Below, in pieces: positions 37,513 through 48,119 of a stretch of 64,000 bases of DNA. A program made the translations under genes and the position numbers. The stretch is from Bacteroidota bacterium (lineage in GTDB: Bacteria; Bacteroidota; Bacteroidia; Bacteroidales; VadinHA17). The stretch's first letter is position 1. Each line of letters opens with the position of its first letter. The DNA lies in NCBI GenBank assembly GCA_034659275.1, contig JAYEGY010000043.1:1517-65516 (forward strand), read 5' to 3'. Below the pieces are notes generated by a model, which worked only from the letters and a program-made list of their open reading frames with translations, ran no database searches and was not told the origin of the DNA.

Positions 37513-38883
37513 ATGATAAAAAGGTATTTTCATGATGTAATAATTGCTTTTGAAGCAATTATGGCAAATAAATTGAAGTCAATTTTAACAGCACTCGGTA
37601 TTATCTTCGGAGTGGCTGCTGTTATCAGTATGCTCGCTATCGGAAAGGGAGCACAGCAGGAGATACTCGAACAAATAAAAATGGTTGGAGTAAATAATAT
37701 CCTTATAAGCCCTATAATTCAAAGCGAGGAATCTTCTGACGAAGAAGGGGAGAAGAAGCAAAATAAATTCAGCCCGGGACTTACCCTGCATGACGTGGAT
37801 GCTATTAAACAAATTCTGCCATCAGTGAAAAGGATCAGCCCGGAAATTTCTTATAATTCAACGGTTTTACTCAATGGTATGAGTTATCCGGCAAAGCTGG
37901 TGGGAGTGAGAAATGATTATTTTGAATTGTATAACCTGCCGTTGAATCATGGTTCTTACTTTAACGATTACCAGGAACAACATGGTATACCGGTTTGCCT
38001 GATAGGGGCCAATATACGGGCCAAGTTCTTCAGTAAAGTCGATCCCGTCGGACAGTATATTAAGTTTGATGGTGTATGGTTAAAAGTAATAGGAGTGCTT
38101 GAAAGAACCGATGTTAATCTCACAGGCTTTGAGGAAACAGGTGTTAATGTATATAATGACAATATTTATATACCTGTAAAAACCTTCTTGCTAAGGTATC
38201 AAAACAGGGAACTCCTGACAAAGAAACTTGCCTCGGAAGCCTCTACTCAGGTTATGTCTTTTGGACATGGCAGGGTGATGAGACGTACAATAGCAAGCGG
38301 CTCTGATCCTTCACAGTCATCTTCAACTAACTACCATCAGCTTGACAGGATCGTGGTTCAGGTGGAGGAAACAGAACAGTTAAACCCATCAACCGAGGTG
38401 CTCAGCCGCATGATGCTGAGGCGACATTCAAACGTTAAGGATTTTGAAATTACCGTTCCCGAATTATTGCTGAAACAACAACAGAGAACCAAAGATATTT
38501 TTAACATTGTTTTGGGTGCAATAGCCAGTATATCACTGGTGGTAGGAGGGATAGGCATTATGAATATTATGTTTGCATCGGTAATGGAACGTATAAAAGA
38601 AATCGGGACACGCATGGCTATAGGTGCAAAGAAAATGGATATAGTGGTACAGTTCCTGTCCGAAGCTATACTTATCAGTGTAACCGGTGGATTTATAGGG
38701 GTCTTCCTTGGTATTATCCTCGCAAGGCTTATAAATGAAATATCAGGTATATTAACAATAGTGTCTCCATTTTCCGTAGTGATAGCCTTTGGTGTTTCTG
38801 CTGCAGTCGGGGTTATTTTCGGATATTCTCCGGCCAAAAGAGCATCAGAAAGGGATCCTATTGAATCACTCAGGTACGAATAA
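37513..38883 (+). CDS. MacB-like FtsX-family ABC permease with no fused ATPase domain
   Basis: It has a MacB periplasmic core domain between TM1 and TM2. The FtsX block is MERIKEIGTRMAIGAKKMDIVVQFLSEA. Confidence 0.8.
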   Translation: MIKRYFHDVIIAFEAIMANKLKSILTALGIIFGVAAVISMLAIGKGAQQEILEQIKMVGVNNILISPIIQSEESSDEEGEKKQNKFSPGLTLHDVDAIKQILPSVKRISPEISYNSTVLLNGMSYPAKLVGVRNDYFELYNLPLNHGSYFNDYQEQHGIPVCLIGANIRAKFFSKVDPVGQYIKFDGVWLKVIGVLERTDVNLTGFEETGVNVYNDNIYIPVKTFLLRYQNRELLTKKLASEASTQVMSFGHGRVMRRTIASGSDPSQSSSTNYHQLDRIVVQVEETEQLNPSTEVLSRMMLRRHSNVKDFEITVPELLLKQQQRTKDIFNIVLGAIASISLVVGGIGIMNIMFASVMERIKEIGTRMAIGAKKMDIVVQFLSEAILISVTGGFIGVFLGIILARLINEISGILTIVSPFSVVIAFGVSAAVGVIFGYSPAKRASERDPIESLRYE

Positions 38884-38898
38884 AAATCAATCATTGAA

Positions 38899-40386
38899 AT
38901 GAAGCGAATATATTTTTTCTTATTGCTTGCCTTATTTATTGGCTCAGGTAGCATGAGCTATTCACAGGAAGTTATACAACTAAGCCTGGATGAAGTCATC
39001 AAGCTAGCTGAAGATCAGTCATTACAGGGCATTCTGGCTAAGCATATGTTCAGAACCAGTTACTGGCAGTACCGTACGTTTAAAGCTGAATACCTGCCTT
39101 CATTAACCCTAACAGGTACCTTCCCTGAATACAACAGGATATACGAAAAGGAATATGATTATAGTACAGGACAGGAATATTATGTTGAAAAAAATACCAG
39201 TAATTTACTGGGCCAGCTTTCATTGTCCCAGAATATAGGATTAACAGGAGGTAGTATTTCCCTGGAATCCGATCTCAGAAGATTTGACGTCCTGGGAGAA
39301 GGTGGTTTAACACAGTATATCTCGACACCGATAAGCATAAGATATAGCCAGCCTCTTTTCAGGTTTAATGAACTTAAATGGCAGAAGCAAATAGAACCAC
39401 TCAGGTATGAGGAGGCAAAAAAGACTTACCTTGAAAATGTTGAAGAAGTACATCTCAACGCTGTGCGCAGATTCTTCCAACTTGCCCTGGCACAAATCAA
39501 TATGGAAATTGCCAACATGAACTATGCCAATGCCGATACCCTTTACCAGATTGCACAGGGAAGGTATAACCTGGGTACCATTGCCGAAAACGATATGCTC
39601 CAGATGGAACTGTCATTCCTGAATGCCGAAACCTCACGAAACGAAGCTTATAATAACCTGAATGATATGAAGCAAAGGCTTTCATCATTCCTTGGTTATA
39701 CTGAAAATGTTGAGCTGGAACTGATTATACCAAATGAAATACCAACCTTTGAGGTGAACGGCGAAAAAGTGCTTAACCTTGCTCAAGAGAATAACCCCGA
39801 AATGATCTCACTCCAGGTCCAAATGCTGGAAGCCCAGAGAGAGGTGGCAGAGGCTAAAGCTGAAAAGGGTCTGAATGCCAATATGAATATAAGTTACGGG
39901 CTGCAGGGACAGAATGGAATAATTCCCAGGGCATACAATGAGCTCGATGACCAGCAACGCCTGAGTATAGGATTTACCATACCCTTGATGGATTGGGGTT
40001 TACGACGGGGACGTTATCGTATGGCACAGTCGTCGGAAGAAGTGGTCAAAACACAGGTACAACAGTCAATGATCGATTTTGAACAACAGCTCTTCCTTGA
40101 TGTGGCTCAGTTCAATCTGCAGGATGACCAGGTACGTATAGCAGCTAAATCGGATACCGTTGCCATGAAAATGTACGAGGTTACAAAACAAAGGTTCCTT
40201 ATAGGTAACGTTGATGTTCTGGAACTGAATAATGCAGATACCAAAAAAGATGAAAACAGGAGAGCTTATATCCAGGCACTTCAGAATTACTGGACATATT
40301 ATTATAACATACGGAGCCTCACCCTCTACAATTTTGCAGCAGATAAGCCTCTTGAATATGATTTTGACCAGCTGATACAAGAATAG
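38899..40386 (+). CDS. TolC-family outer-membrane efflux protein
   Basis: 495 aa with a signal peptide and two OEP repeats with the coiled-coil pattern. Confidence 0.85.
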   Translation: MKRIYFFLLLALFIGSGSMSYSQEVIQLSLDEVIKLAEDQSLQGILAKHMFRTSYWQYRTFKAEYLPSLTLTGTFPEYNRIYEKEYDYSTGQEYYVEKNTSNLLGQLSLSQNIGLTGGSISLESDLRRFDVLGEGGLTQYISTPISIRYSQPLFRFNELKWQKQIEPLRYEEAKKTYLENVEEVHLNAVRRFFQLALAQINMEIANMNYANADTLYQIAQGRYNLGTIAENDMLQMELSFLNAETSRNEAYNNLNDMKQRLSSFLGYTENVELELIIPNEIPTFEVNGEKVLNLAQENNPEMISLQVQMLEAQREVAEAKAEKGLNANMNISYGLQGQNGIIPRAYNELDDQQRLSIGFTIPLMDWGLRRGRYRMAQSSEEVVKTQVQQSMIDFEQQLFLDVAQFNLQDDQVRIAAKSDTVAMKMYEVTKQRFLIGNVDVLELNNADTKKDENRRAYIQALQNYWTYYYNIRSLTLYNFAADKPLEYDFDQLIQE

Positions 40387-40596
40387 GGATTATTAGCAGT
40401 TCACCTTGGCCCGGATTTAGCTTATTATAATCGTCGTGGATTTGACATGCTTCGATGGCGTGCCGGGAGAAATCCCATTCGCTTATTATCCCATTAACTA
40501 TTAATTCTTTTAGGAAAAAATTAATATCTTTGCCCGTCCGTTAAAGGCGCTTAAGCATATATTTTGATTTTAAGGGAAAAATAAAAATACTTACAA

Positions 40597-43500
40597 ATGC
40601 AAAACAAAGGAGCTATTCTGTTTTTAGCCATAGCCTTAGCACTGGTAACAATATACCAGCTTTCATTCACGGTTGCATCTTACACCGTAAAGCAACATGC
40701 AGAAGAATACGCTGAAGGGGACCTCGTAAAAGAAGTTAATTATCTGGATTCGATCTCCTCTTTGTCAAAAGAAGAATGGAGTTTCCTTGGTAACACTTAC
40801 AAGGAAGTGCAGTCGAAAGAGCTAAACCTTGGTCTTGACCTCAAGGGAGGGATGAACGTAGTTCTTGAAGTGTCAGTGGAAGAGATCATCAGGGCATTGT
40901 CGAATTATAATACCGACGAAACCTTTAACCAGGCTCTGGCCATGGCCAAACAAAAACAGCAGGAGAGCCAGAGAAACTTTATCGATCTTTTTGGTGAGTC
41001 TTTTGAGGAGCTTGATCCTGATGCAAGCCTGGCTGCTATTTTCGGTACAATGGAGCTTCGTGATAAAATAAATTTCAATTCAACCAATGAAGAAGTACTG
41101 GATGTCTTACGCGAAGAAGCAAACAGTGCCATTGATAATGCTTTTAATATACTGCGAAGCAGAATTGACAGGTTCGGTGTTGCACAACCTAATATATCAA
41201 AGCTTGAGTCTACAGGGCGTATACTTGTCGAATTGCCGGGAGTGAAAGATCCCCAAAGGGTCAGGGAACTGCTGCAGGGAACTGCCAGGCTTGAGTTCTG
41301 GGAGACATATGAGAATTCAGAAGTTATAGGATACCTGATGGAAGCAAATAACCTGCTTGCTTCCCTTAAGGAAGATATGGAAGCACTTGAAAGTGCTGAA
41401 CAGGCTGATACCATCGTTACCGGCGAAGAAGAGGTAAGCTCCATTGAAGACCTTATATCTTCGGAGGAACAGCAGGATACAACAGCTGAAGAAACACTCC
41501 TTGATATGCTAAGCGATACCACCGTGACGGAAGAGGCAGAGGACAGGGAGGAGTGGAATACACAAAATCCCTTGTTTGCAGTATTGAATCCCGCCGTAAC
41601 CAGGGAAGGAGAACCCCTGCCCGGCTCTATAATAGGATATTCACATTTCATGGATACTGCACAGGTAATGGATTACCTTAATTTGGATCCTATCAGGTCC
41701 CTTTTTCCCAGGGATCTGCGTTTTTACTGGGCTGCTGACCCTATGAGGGGAGATGAAACGGAGAGTATATATCCCTTGCATGCCATAAAAGTTACCACTC
41801 GTGACGGGCAGCCTCCATTGGATGGTGACGTGATTACTACAGCAAGAGTTTCATATGGACAAACAGGTTCATCTGCAAAGGTGGATATGTCAATGAATGC
41901 CGAAGGCGCCCGCATATGGGCAAGACTTACAGGATCAAATATAGGCAGGTGTATAGCAGTGGTGCTCGATGGTTATGTGCGTTCAGCACCCAGGGTTTCA
42001 ACCGAGATAAAAGGTGGATCCTCGGAAATTACCGGGGATTTTACAATTGAAGAAGCTGAAGACCTGGCTAACATCCTTAAATCAGGTAAACTGCCGGCAC
42101 CGGCCCGCATCATAAACGATACTGTTGTTGGTCCTTCACTTGGTCAGGAAGCAATAAACGCAGGCCTTAACTCATTCATCATAGCATTTGTTGTGGTGCT
42201 GGCATATATGGTATTCTATTACAGTCGCCGGGCTGGAATGGTAGCCGATATAGCCCTTATTATCAACATGTTCTTTATAGTAGGGATACTGGCATCTCTT
42301 GGTGCGGTGCTTACACTTCCGGGTATTGCCGGTATTATACTTACCATAGGTATGTCGGTTGATGCAAACGTGCTGATATATGACAGGATAAAGGAAGAAC
42401 TGAGGGCAGGTAAAGGTGTTAAGCTGGCTGTGGCCGATGGCTATAAGAATGCAAGGTCAGCTATTATAGATGCTAACCTCACCACATTGTTGACCGGTAC
42501 CGTTCTGTATATTTTCGGAACGGGGCCGATAAAGGGCTTTGCCACAACACTGGTTATCGGGATCATATCATCCTTCTTTACGGCATTCTTTATTACAAGA
42601 ATCATTTATGACACCTTCCTGAAACGTAATATGAGGCTTACTTTTGCTACCAAACTCACGGAGAATGCCTTTAATAACCTTAAAATTAACTTTATAGGCC
42701 GGAGAAAAATATTCTACGTGGTTTCAGTGCTGATAATTTTAGCAGGAGTGGCATCACTGGGAATAAAGGGACTTAACCCGGGTATCGACTTTACCGGTGG
42801 CCGTACCTATGTTATACGTTTTGATGAGCCTGTTGCAACCACTGAAGTGGCGGACCGCCTTGGAGAGGTCTATGGTGAAAATCCAATGGTAGTGGTTTAT
42901 GGGAATGAAAACCAGGTTAAAATAACCACAAAATATAAGGTTGATCAACCGGAGGCTGAAGAAGAAGTGGAAACTTTACTATACCAGGGGCTGCAGCCAT
43001 TGCTGCCCGAAGGGGTTGACCAGGAAGAGTTTTTTGATGAATACCGCCTTAGCAGTCAGACAGTGGGACCCACCATTGCTTTTGATATAATGGTCCAGGC
43101 AATCTATGCTATCGCTTTTTCATTATTAATCATCTTCCTGTATATATTATTAAGGTTCAGAAACTGGCGGTTCGGCCTGGGTGCTTTGACTGCCCTGGTA
43201 CATGATATGCTCATAGTGCTGGGTATTTTCTCTATCTTATACGGTATATTGCCATTCTCACTTGAGATAGACCAGGCTTTCATTGCTGCTATCCTTACCG
43301 TGGTAGGTTATTCAATTAACGACACCGTGGTTGTTTTTGACCGTATAAGGGAATATTTAGGATTATATCGCAAGAGGGGCAGGACAGAAATACTTAACCT
43401 GGCCCTGAACAGCACAATAAGCCGTACATTAAGTACATCATTGAGTACATTCGTTGTCTTGCTGGCAATATTTATTTTTGGAGGTGAAACAATCAGGGGC

Positions 43501-43632
43501 TTTATATTTGCCCTCCTGATAGGAGTTATTATAGGTACATATTCCTCACTCTTTGTCGCTACCCCTGTTGTTTTCGACTTAATCAGGAAAAAAGAAACAG
43601 AAAGAGTATTGAGTGGTAAGAAATCCAGCTGA
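40597..43632 (+). CDS. secDF: protein translocase subunit SecDF (fused)
   Basis: 1011 aa. The SecD part has LGLDLKGGMNVVLEV, a periplasmic head and a 6-TM block. The SecF part has GIDFTGGRTY and a second 6-TM block. Confidence 0.95.
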   Translation: MQNKGAILFLAIALALVTIYQLSFTVASYTVKQHAEEYAEGDLVKEVNYLDSISSLSKEEWSFLGNTYKEVQSKELNLGLDLKGGMNVVLEVSVEEIIRALSNYNTDETFNQALAMAKQKQQESQRNFIDLFGESFEELDPDASLAAIFGTMELRDKINFNSTNEEVLDVLREEANSAIDNAFNILRSRIDRFGVAQPNISKLESTGRILVELPGVKDPQRVRELLQGTARLEFWETYENSEVIGYLMEANNLLASLKEDMEALESAEQADTIVTGEEEVSSIEDLISSEEQQDTTAEETLLDMLSDTTVTEEAEDREEWNTQNPLFAVLNPAVTREGEPLPGSIIGYSHFMDTAQVMDYLNLDPIRSLFPRDLRFYWAADPMRGDETESIYPLHAIKVTTRDGQPPLDGDVITTARVSYGQTGSSAKVDMSMNAEGARIWARLTGSNIGRCIAVVLDGYVRSAPRVSTEIKGGSSEITGDFTIEEAEDLANILKSGKLPAPARIINDTVVGPSLGQEAINAGLNSFIIAFVVVLAYMVFYYSRRAGMVADIALIINMFFIVGILASLGAVLTLPGIAGIILTIGMSVDANVLIYDRIKEELRAGKGVKLAVADGYKNARSAIIDANLTTLLTGTVLYIFGTGPIKGFATTLVIGIISSFFTAFFITRIIYDTFLKRNMRLTFATKLTENAFNNLKINFIGRRKIFYVVSVLIILAGVASLGIKGLNPGIDFTGGRTYVIRFDEPVATTEVADRLGEVYGENPMVVVYGNENQVKITTKYKVDQPEAEEEVETLLYQGLQPLLPEGVDQEEFFDEYRLSSQTVGPTIAFDIMVQAIYAIAFSLLIIFLYILLRFRNWRFGLGALTALVHDMLIVLGIFSILYGILPFSLEIDQAFIAAILTVVGYSINDTVVVFDRIREYLGLYRKRGRTEILNLALNSTISRTLSTSLSTFVVLLAIFIFGGETIRGFIFALLIGVIIGTYSSLFVATPVVFDLIRKKETERVLSGKKSS

Positions 43633-43644
43633 TTCTTTCTCGAT

Positions 43645-43667
43645 GGCGTGGATTTCAAATCCACGCC
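43645..43667. repeat. perfect 11-bp palindrome right after the secDF stop, part of a short dispersed motif
   Basis: ggcgtggattt-c-aaatccacgcc. No U-tract follows. The core tcgatggcgtg plus cgtggattt recurs at 40435-40462. Confidence 0.5.
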
Positions 43668-43835
43668 AATCATTCATCATTCCAGCTCTGTCCACCGTAG
43701 CAGGGCACGGGTCAGAGACCCGCGCCAGCGAAGATGGGTATTCCATTATTTACTCCCTATACTATTTATTATCACGGTAATTGCTATTAATATATTTCTT
43801 TCTAAATTTGTACTATTAAGAAAGAAGGTTTGAAT

Positions 43836-44069
43836 ATGGCAAGTTATTTATTCATCAGCGGGCAGGAAATATTTATCATTCTGGTTGTTGCCCTCATACT
43901 TTTCGGGGCGAAAAAGCTTCCTGATATAGCCAAGGGCATTGGTAAGGGTATGCGTGAGTTCAGGAAGGCAACCGATGATATAAAGAGGGAATTCAATGAA
44001 AGCACAAAAGATGTGCAGGATGACATCAAGGACATGTCCGATTCAGTTAACAAAGACCTGAAAGGTTGA
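43836..44069 (+). CDS. tatA: twin-arginine translocase TatA/TatE family subunit
   Basis: The TatA signature is IFIILVVALILFGAKKLPDIAKGIGKGMREFRKA. Confidence 0.85.
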   Translation: MASYLFISGQEIFIILVVALILFGAKKLPDIAKGIGKGMREFRKATDDIKREFNESTKDVQDDIKDMSDSVNKDLKG

Positions 44070-44103
44070 TGGGTAATTATCTTCTTATCTAAAAAATTCC
44101 CTG

Positions 44104-45033
44104 ATGACGTATATTATGCTTCTTGCCGGACTGTTATTACTGGTACTCAGCGGTGAGTTACTCGTACGCGGTGGTGCAAGCCTGGCAGGTCATTTCAGGT
44201 TATCTCCCATGGTAGTGGGCCTCACCGTTGTTTCATTTGGCACATCATCTCCCGAACTTGTAGTTAGCCTCGATGCTGCCATAAAAGGTTATCCTGATAT
44301 ATCACTGGGCAATGTTGTTGGAAGTAATATTTCCAACCTTGGACTCGTGCTTGCACTTACGGTTATCATCACTCCTTTTTTTGTAAATAGAAAAGAGATC
44401 ATCAATGATATGATAATAATGGCAGGTGTAAGCATGGTGCTCTTCATAATGCTTATTGACCTTAGATTCAGTCGCGTTGAAGGTCTGATACTCGTTGTAA
44501 TGCTGGTAGCTTATATCTACAGGTCAATAAGGAATGATAAAAAAAGGCAGAAGGGGAGTCCGGTTGTTTTACGTTATTCACTGCCTTTATCAGTGACCAT
44601 CGTCATCCTTTCAAGTCTTGGACTCGTGGTGGGTGCCAATATGCTGGTGAAAAGTGCAAGCACAGTTGCATCAGCATTGGGTATAAGCGAAAGAATAATA
44701 TCTGTTTCAGTGATTGCAGTAGGTACCAGCCTGCCTGAATTGTCCACTTCAGTGATTGCAGGTATCAGGAAAGAAAATGGGATATCAATAGGTAACGTGG
44801 TTGGTTCTAATATCTTTAACATTCTGGCAGTACTGGGTATAACCGCATCAGTAAAGCCTTATAGTATAAATGATCTTCATTTTAAATCTGATATGTACTG
44901 GATGATCGGGATTGCTATACTCCTTATAATAATGACATTACCTTCAAAGAATTCACGACTCAGCCGCTGGAAAGGAATATTTTTGGCACTGCTTTATTTA
45001 AGCTATCTTTCTCTCGTTTTCTTTGTAAGGTGA
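44104..45033 (+). CDS. CaCA-family sodium/calcium exchanger membrane protein (YrbG-like)
   Basis: It has two alpha-repeat motifs, GTSSPEL..GNVVGSNISN and GTSLPEL..GNVVGSNIFN. Confidence 0.8.
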   Translation: MTYIMLLAGLLLLVLSGELLVRGGASLAGHFRLSPMVVGLTVVSFGTSSPELVVSLDAAIKGYPDISLGNVVGSNISNLGLVLALTVIITPFFVNRKEIINDMIIMAGVSMVLFIMLIDLRFSRVEGLILVVMLVAYIYRSIRNDKKRQKGSPVVLRYSLPLSVTIVILSSLGLVVGANMLVKSASTVASALGISERIISVSVIAVGTSLPELSTSVIAGIRKENGISIGNVVGSNIFNILAVLGITASVKPYSINDLHFKSDMYWMIGIAILLIIMTLPSKNSRLSRWKGIFLALLYLSYLSLVFFVR

Positions 45034-45056
45034 GTAAGGCATCCTAATTGTAGTAT

Positions 45057-45713
45057 ATGATACAAGCAACAGATATAACAAAATCATTTGGTGACCTCAG
45101 AGTGCTTAAAGGGATAAACCTGGATATCGGGAAAAGTGAAATAGTGGCTATTGTGGGCCCCAGTGGTGCAGGGAAAACAACGCTTCTCCAGATACTGGGC
45201 ACACTGGATAAGGCTGATTCAGGGAATATTGTATATGATAACATCTTACTTAATACGCTCAATGAGAAAGAGCTGTCAAAGTTCAGGAATGAAGAGGTAG
45301 GATTTGTATTCCAGTTCCACCAGCTGCTTCCCGAATTCACCGCCCTGGAAAATGTGTGTATACCTGCCTATATAGGGGGGAAATCGAGGCAGGAAGCAGA
45401 AAAGAAAGGAAAACAACTACTTGAATTCCTGGGACTGAAAGAACGACTGGAGCATAAACCATCGGAATTAAGCGGCGGCGAACAACAGAGAGTGGCTGTA
45501 GCCAGGGCCATTATTAATGATCCCCGGGTGATACTGGCCGATGAACCTTCAGGTAACCTGGATACGGAAAATAAACAGGAACTGCATAAATTATTTTTTG
45601 ACCTCAGGGACAGGTTCGGGCAAACAATAGTTATTGTTACTCATGACAGGGAATTGTCTGGTATGTCAGACAGGGAAATAGAAATTAAAGACGGTGTGAT
45701 TTTCAATGGGTGA
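45057..45713 (+). CDS. ABC transporter ATP-binding protein (LolD/MacB-ATPase-like)
   Basis: Walker A is GPSGAGKTT, the Q-loop is [18 protein letters not shown], the signature is [14 protein letters not shown], and Walker B is [11 protein letters not shown]. Confidence 0.85.
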   Translation: MIQATDITKSFGDLRVLKGINLDIGKSEIVAIVGPSGAGKTTLLQILGTLDKADSGNIVYDNILLNTLNEKELSKFRNEEVGFVFQFHQLLPEFTALENVCIPAYIGGKSRQEAEKKGKQLLEFLGLKERLEHKPSELSGGEQQRVAVARAIINDPRVILADEPSGNLDTENKQELHKLFFDLRDRFGQTIVIVTHDRELSGMSDREIEIKDGVIFNG

Positions 45714-46497
45714 TTCCTGGGAAAAAAGATTCTCATATAATGAGATGAAGGACTTCCTTGAATTGAAATATGAGCAATTTAATAATCCTTCATTTATAGA
45801 ATGCGATCCCGTTTCAGTGCCTCACCAGTATACACTTAAGCAGGATATTGAAATATCAGGATTTCTCAATGCCACAATAGCATGGGGGAGACGCGACCTG
45901 ATAATCAATTCTGCAAATAAGCTCATGGGACTAATGGGGAACAGTCCCATGGATTTCATTCTGAATTGTAGCGAGGAGGGGATGGATAAGATTAGTGGAT
46001 TTTACTACCGTACATTCAATGGCACTGATTGCTGTACCTTCATTGAAGGACTGAAAAATATATATACCAATTTTGATAGCATGGAAGATGTGCTGGCAGG
46101 CTATCTTAGTAAAGGTAAAAGATGGAAAGAGGCTATCATCAGCTTGCGAAATGAATTTTTCAGTGTGCCTCACAGGGCAAGGACACTCAAGCACTTTGCT
46201 GATATATCAAGAGGAGCAGCCGGGAAAAGACTTAACATGTTCTTCAGGTGGATGGTGCGGGACGACGGGCGCGGAGTTGATTTTGGGATATGGAAATCAA
46301 TAGATAAGTCTGTTTTATATATACCCCTTGACTTCCATACGGGTAATACCTCCCGTGCCTTGGGATTACTGTCAAGGAAACAGGACGACTGGAAAGCAGT
46401 TGAAGAACTTACTTCAGTGTTGAGGCAATTTGATGAGAAAGATCCTGTTAAATATGATTTTTCATTGTTTGGGCTGGGAATAATAGAGAAATTTTAA
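45706..46497 (+). CDS. TIGR02757/DUF2400-like protein (assignment from memory)
   Basis: 263 aa, overlapping the ATPase gene by 8 nt. The pattern is [13 protein letters not shown]...[18 protein letters not shown]. Confidence 0.55.
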   Translation: MGDSWEKRFSYNEMKDFLELKYEQFNNPSFIECDPVSVPHQYTLKQDIEISGFLNATIAWGRRDLIINSANKLMGLMGNSPMDFILNCSEEGMDKISGFYYRTFNGTDCCTFIEGLKNIYTNFDSMEDVLAGYLSKGKRWKEAIISLRNEFFSVPHRARTLKHFADISRGAAGKRLNMFFRWMVRDDGRGVDFGIWKSIDKSVLYIPLDFHTGNTSRALGLLSRKQDDWKAVEELTSVLRQFDEKDPVKYDFSLFGLGIIEKF

Positions 46498-46557
46498 GTA
46501 TGGACTCTTTTGATTTCAAACAGTTCAGGGTTTACCAGCTGACTTTTATCTTGATTT

Positions 46558-47892
46558 CTAAAAAACAAGCTCCGATTCAGGTAGAGCATATTTTTCCTCC
46601 GTTCGAATCCCCATTTTTTCAAGGCTGGAAAGGACAGGCATATATATTTCTTTCCTTACGGGCCTGTATACTCCTTTCAAATCAATCTTCCCTTCAAGAA
46701 TCAGTTTTGTTGCAACAGCCGCAGGAAGACCTACAGTCCTGGCTATCGATGTATCTGTTGAAGGCGAACCGTAATCTATCAGTTGTGAACTTATGACTTC
46801 TCTCCTGCCGTCACTATGCCTGGCAAGAAAAATATGCTTGAGGATTATCATATCTTTTTCATCTTCTTTCAAGATCATTTTGCTCATCATCAGATCGCAG
46901 ATTACATCAAATGGGCTTCCCAATAATTCAGGAATTTTTTTGTCATCAAAGAGCCCCAGCCATTCAAATGAATTTACGGCTAGCGAATCCATGCTCAAGC
47001 CCAGATGGTGGGCAAGCCGTTCCTTAAGAGGTTTATTGCCTCCCCCTATTCTTGAACTGATCATTTGTGGATATGTTTTGCCCTTCAGATCCTCATTTTT
47101 TTTGCTTAAAAGATCCAGGGATTTGAAAGCATCAATGGTTTCGCACCATCCCCTGTATCTGAATGTTCCCCTGAACATGGTTCGGACATCCTCGAGACCG
47201 TAAATATCAATATAACTAATGGAATCCCTGTTTGCATAAACTTCTAATGTGCCGATATCCTTAATTTCGTAGTTGAATGTCTTTCTGAATAAAGATTCTG
47301 GTTTAATATTCACCCTTACACCTTCGTTCAGGTACCTTGCATCATTCATACTGGCGAGGAGCACACCCTCGGGGCTCCAGGTAAATTTATATCCAAGTGG
47401 ATTATCTACACAGTCAGGAGCCGGTAATGCCCCACAGAGCGACCAGAATTTTTCAATTGTGCCACCTTTGTCTTTTACGTAATCAATAATTCTCATGGCC
47501 GACATATGATCAATGCCGGGATCAAGGCCTATCTCATTAAGTATTATTATGCCCGCCTCCCTGGCTTCCCTGTCCAGTTCCGACATCTCCTGCCTTACAT
47601 ACGAGGTTGTTACCATATCTTTCCTGTATTGTACGCATACCTCCGCCACGCTGGTGTGAAATTTATAGGGAAGAAGGCTCACTACGATATCTGATTCCTG
47701 TACCATTGGCCTTAGTTCTGGAATATTACTGGCATCCCAGTATACTATTTCACCATTGGGATGATTTCCCAATATCTTCTGCGCCCTGTCACAGGTGTTG
47801 CATGCAATTTTGACCATACAACCATTATCGAGCAGGTAATGTATCAGTGGCTTTGCCACCATGCCGGCACCTAATACCAGTACTTTTTTCAT
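46558..47892 (-). CDS. saccharopine dehydrogenase family protein (LYS9-like, NADP/L-glutamate-forming type)
   Basis: The Rossmann motif is KKVLVLGAGMVAKP. Other motifs are VVSLLPYKFH, VTTSYV and LNEIGLDPGIDHMSAM. Confidence 0.8.
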   Translation of the reverse strand: MKKVLVLGAGMVAKPLIHYLLDNGCMVKIACNTCDRAQKILGNHPNGEIVYWDASNIPELRPMVQESDIVVSLLPYKFHTSVAEVCVQYRKDMVTTSYVRQEMSELDREAREAGIIILNEIGLDPGIDHMSAMRIIDYVKDKGGTIEKFWSLCGALPAPDCVDNPLGYKFTWSPEGVLLASMNDARYLNEGVRVNIKPESLFRKTFNYEIKDIGTLEVYANRDSISYIDIYGLEDVRTMFRGTFRYRGWCETIDAFKSLDLLSKKNEDLKGKTYPQMISSRIGGGNKPLKERLAHHLGLSMDSLAVNSFEWLGLFDDKKIPELLGSPFDVICDLMMSKMILKEDEKDMIILKHIFLARHSDGRREVISSQLIDYGSPSTDTSIARTVGLPAAVATKLILEGKIDLKGVYRPVRKEIYMPVLSSLEKMGIRTEEKYALPESELVF

Positions 47893-48119
47893 AGGAAAGA
47901 TTTATCAGGTTTAAATAAGAGCTTTAAGATACTCAAATGTATCTGTGTGAACAATGATAGATAATACTTTTTTTCAATCTTATATCATCAAGGTTCTTAG
48001 GTGACTTTGGCTTATTCAATACAAATTGTTTATAGATTCATAAATTTTCTTTTCAACAATCCATAAAGAGCTCTTTCTTCTCAGCCTTCATCATCGTATA
48101 TTTGTATTAAGTGCCGAAG

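Noticed and set aside
40905-41651. 248-aa minus-strand ORF inside secDF, and similar long antisense ORFs at 38358..38954, 48881..49396, 49826..50239, 51608..52162, 55287..55856, 33919..34365, 25408..25833, 46793..47203 and 19852..20358
   Set aside because: Each lies fully inside, and antisense or out of frame to, a gene with strong family motifs. The translations are Ser/Leu/Ile-rich with no recognisable motifs.
43648-43833. 61-aa ORF between secDF and tatA
   Set aside because: It starts inside the palindrome, is Arg/Ser-rich with no motifs, and lies in a GC-rich structured spacer. It is more likely noncoding.
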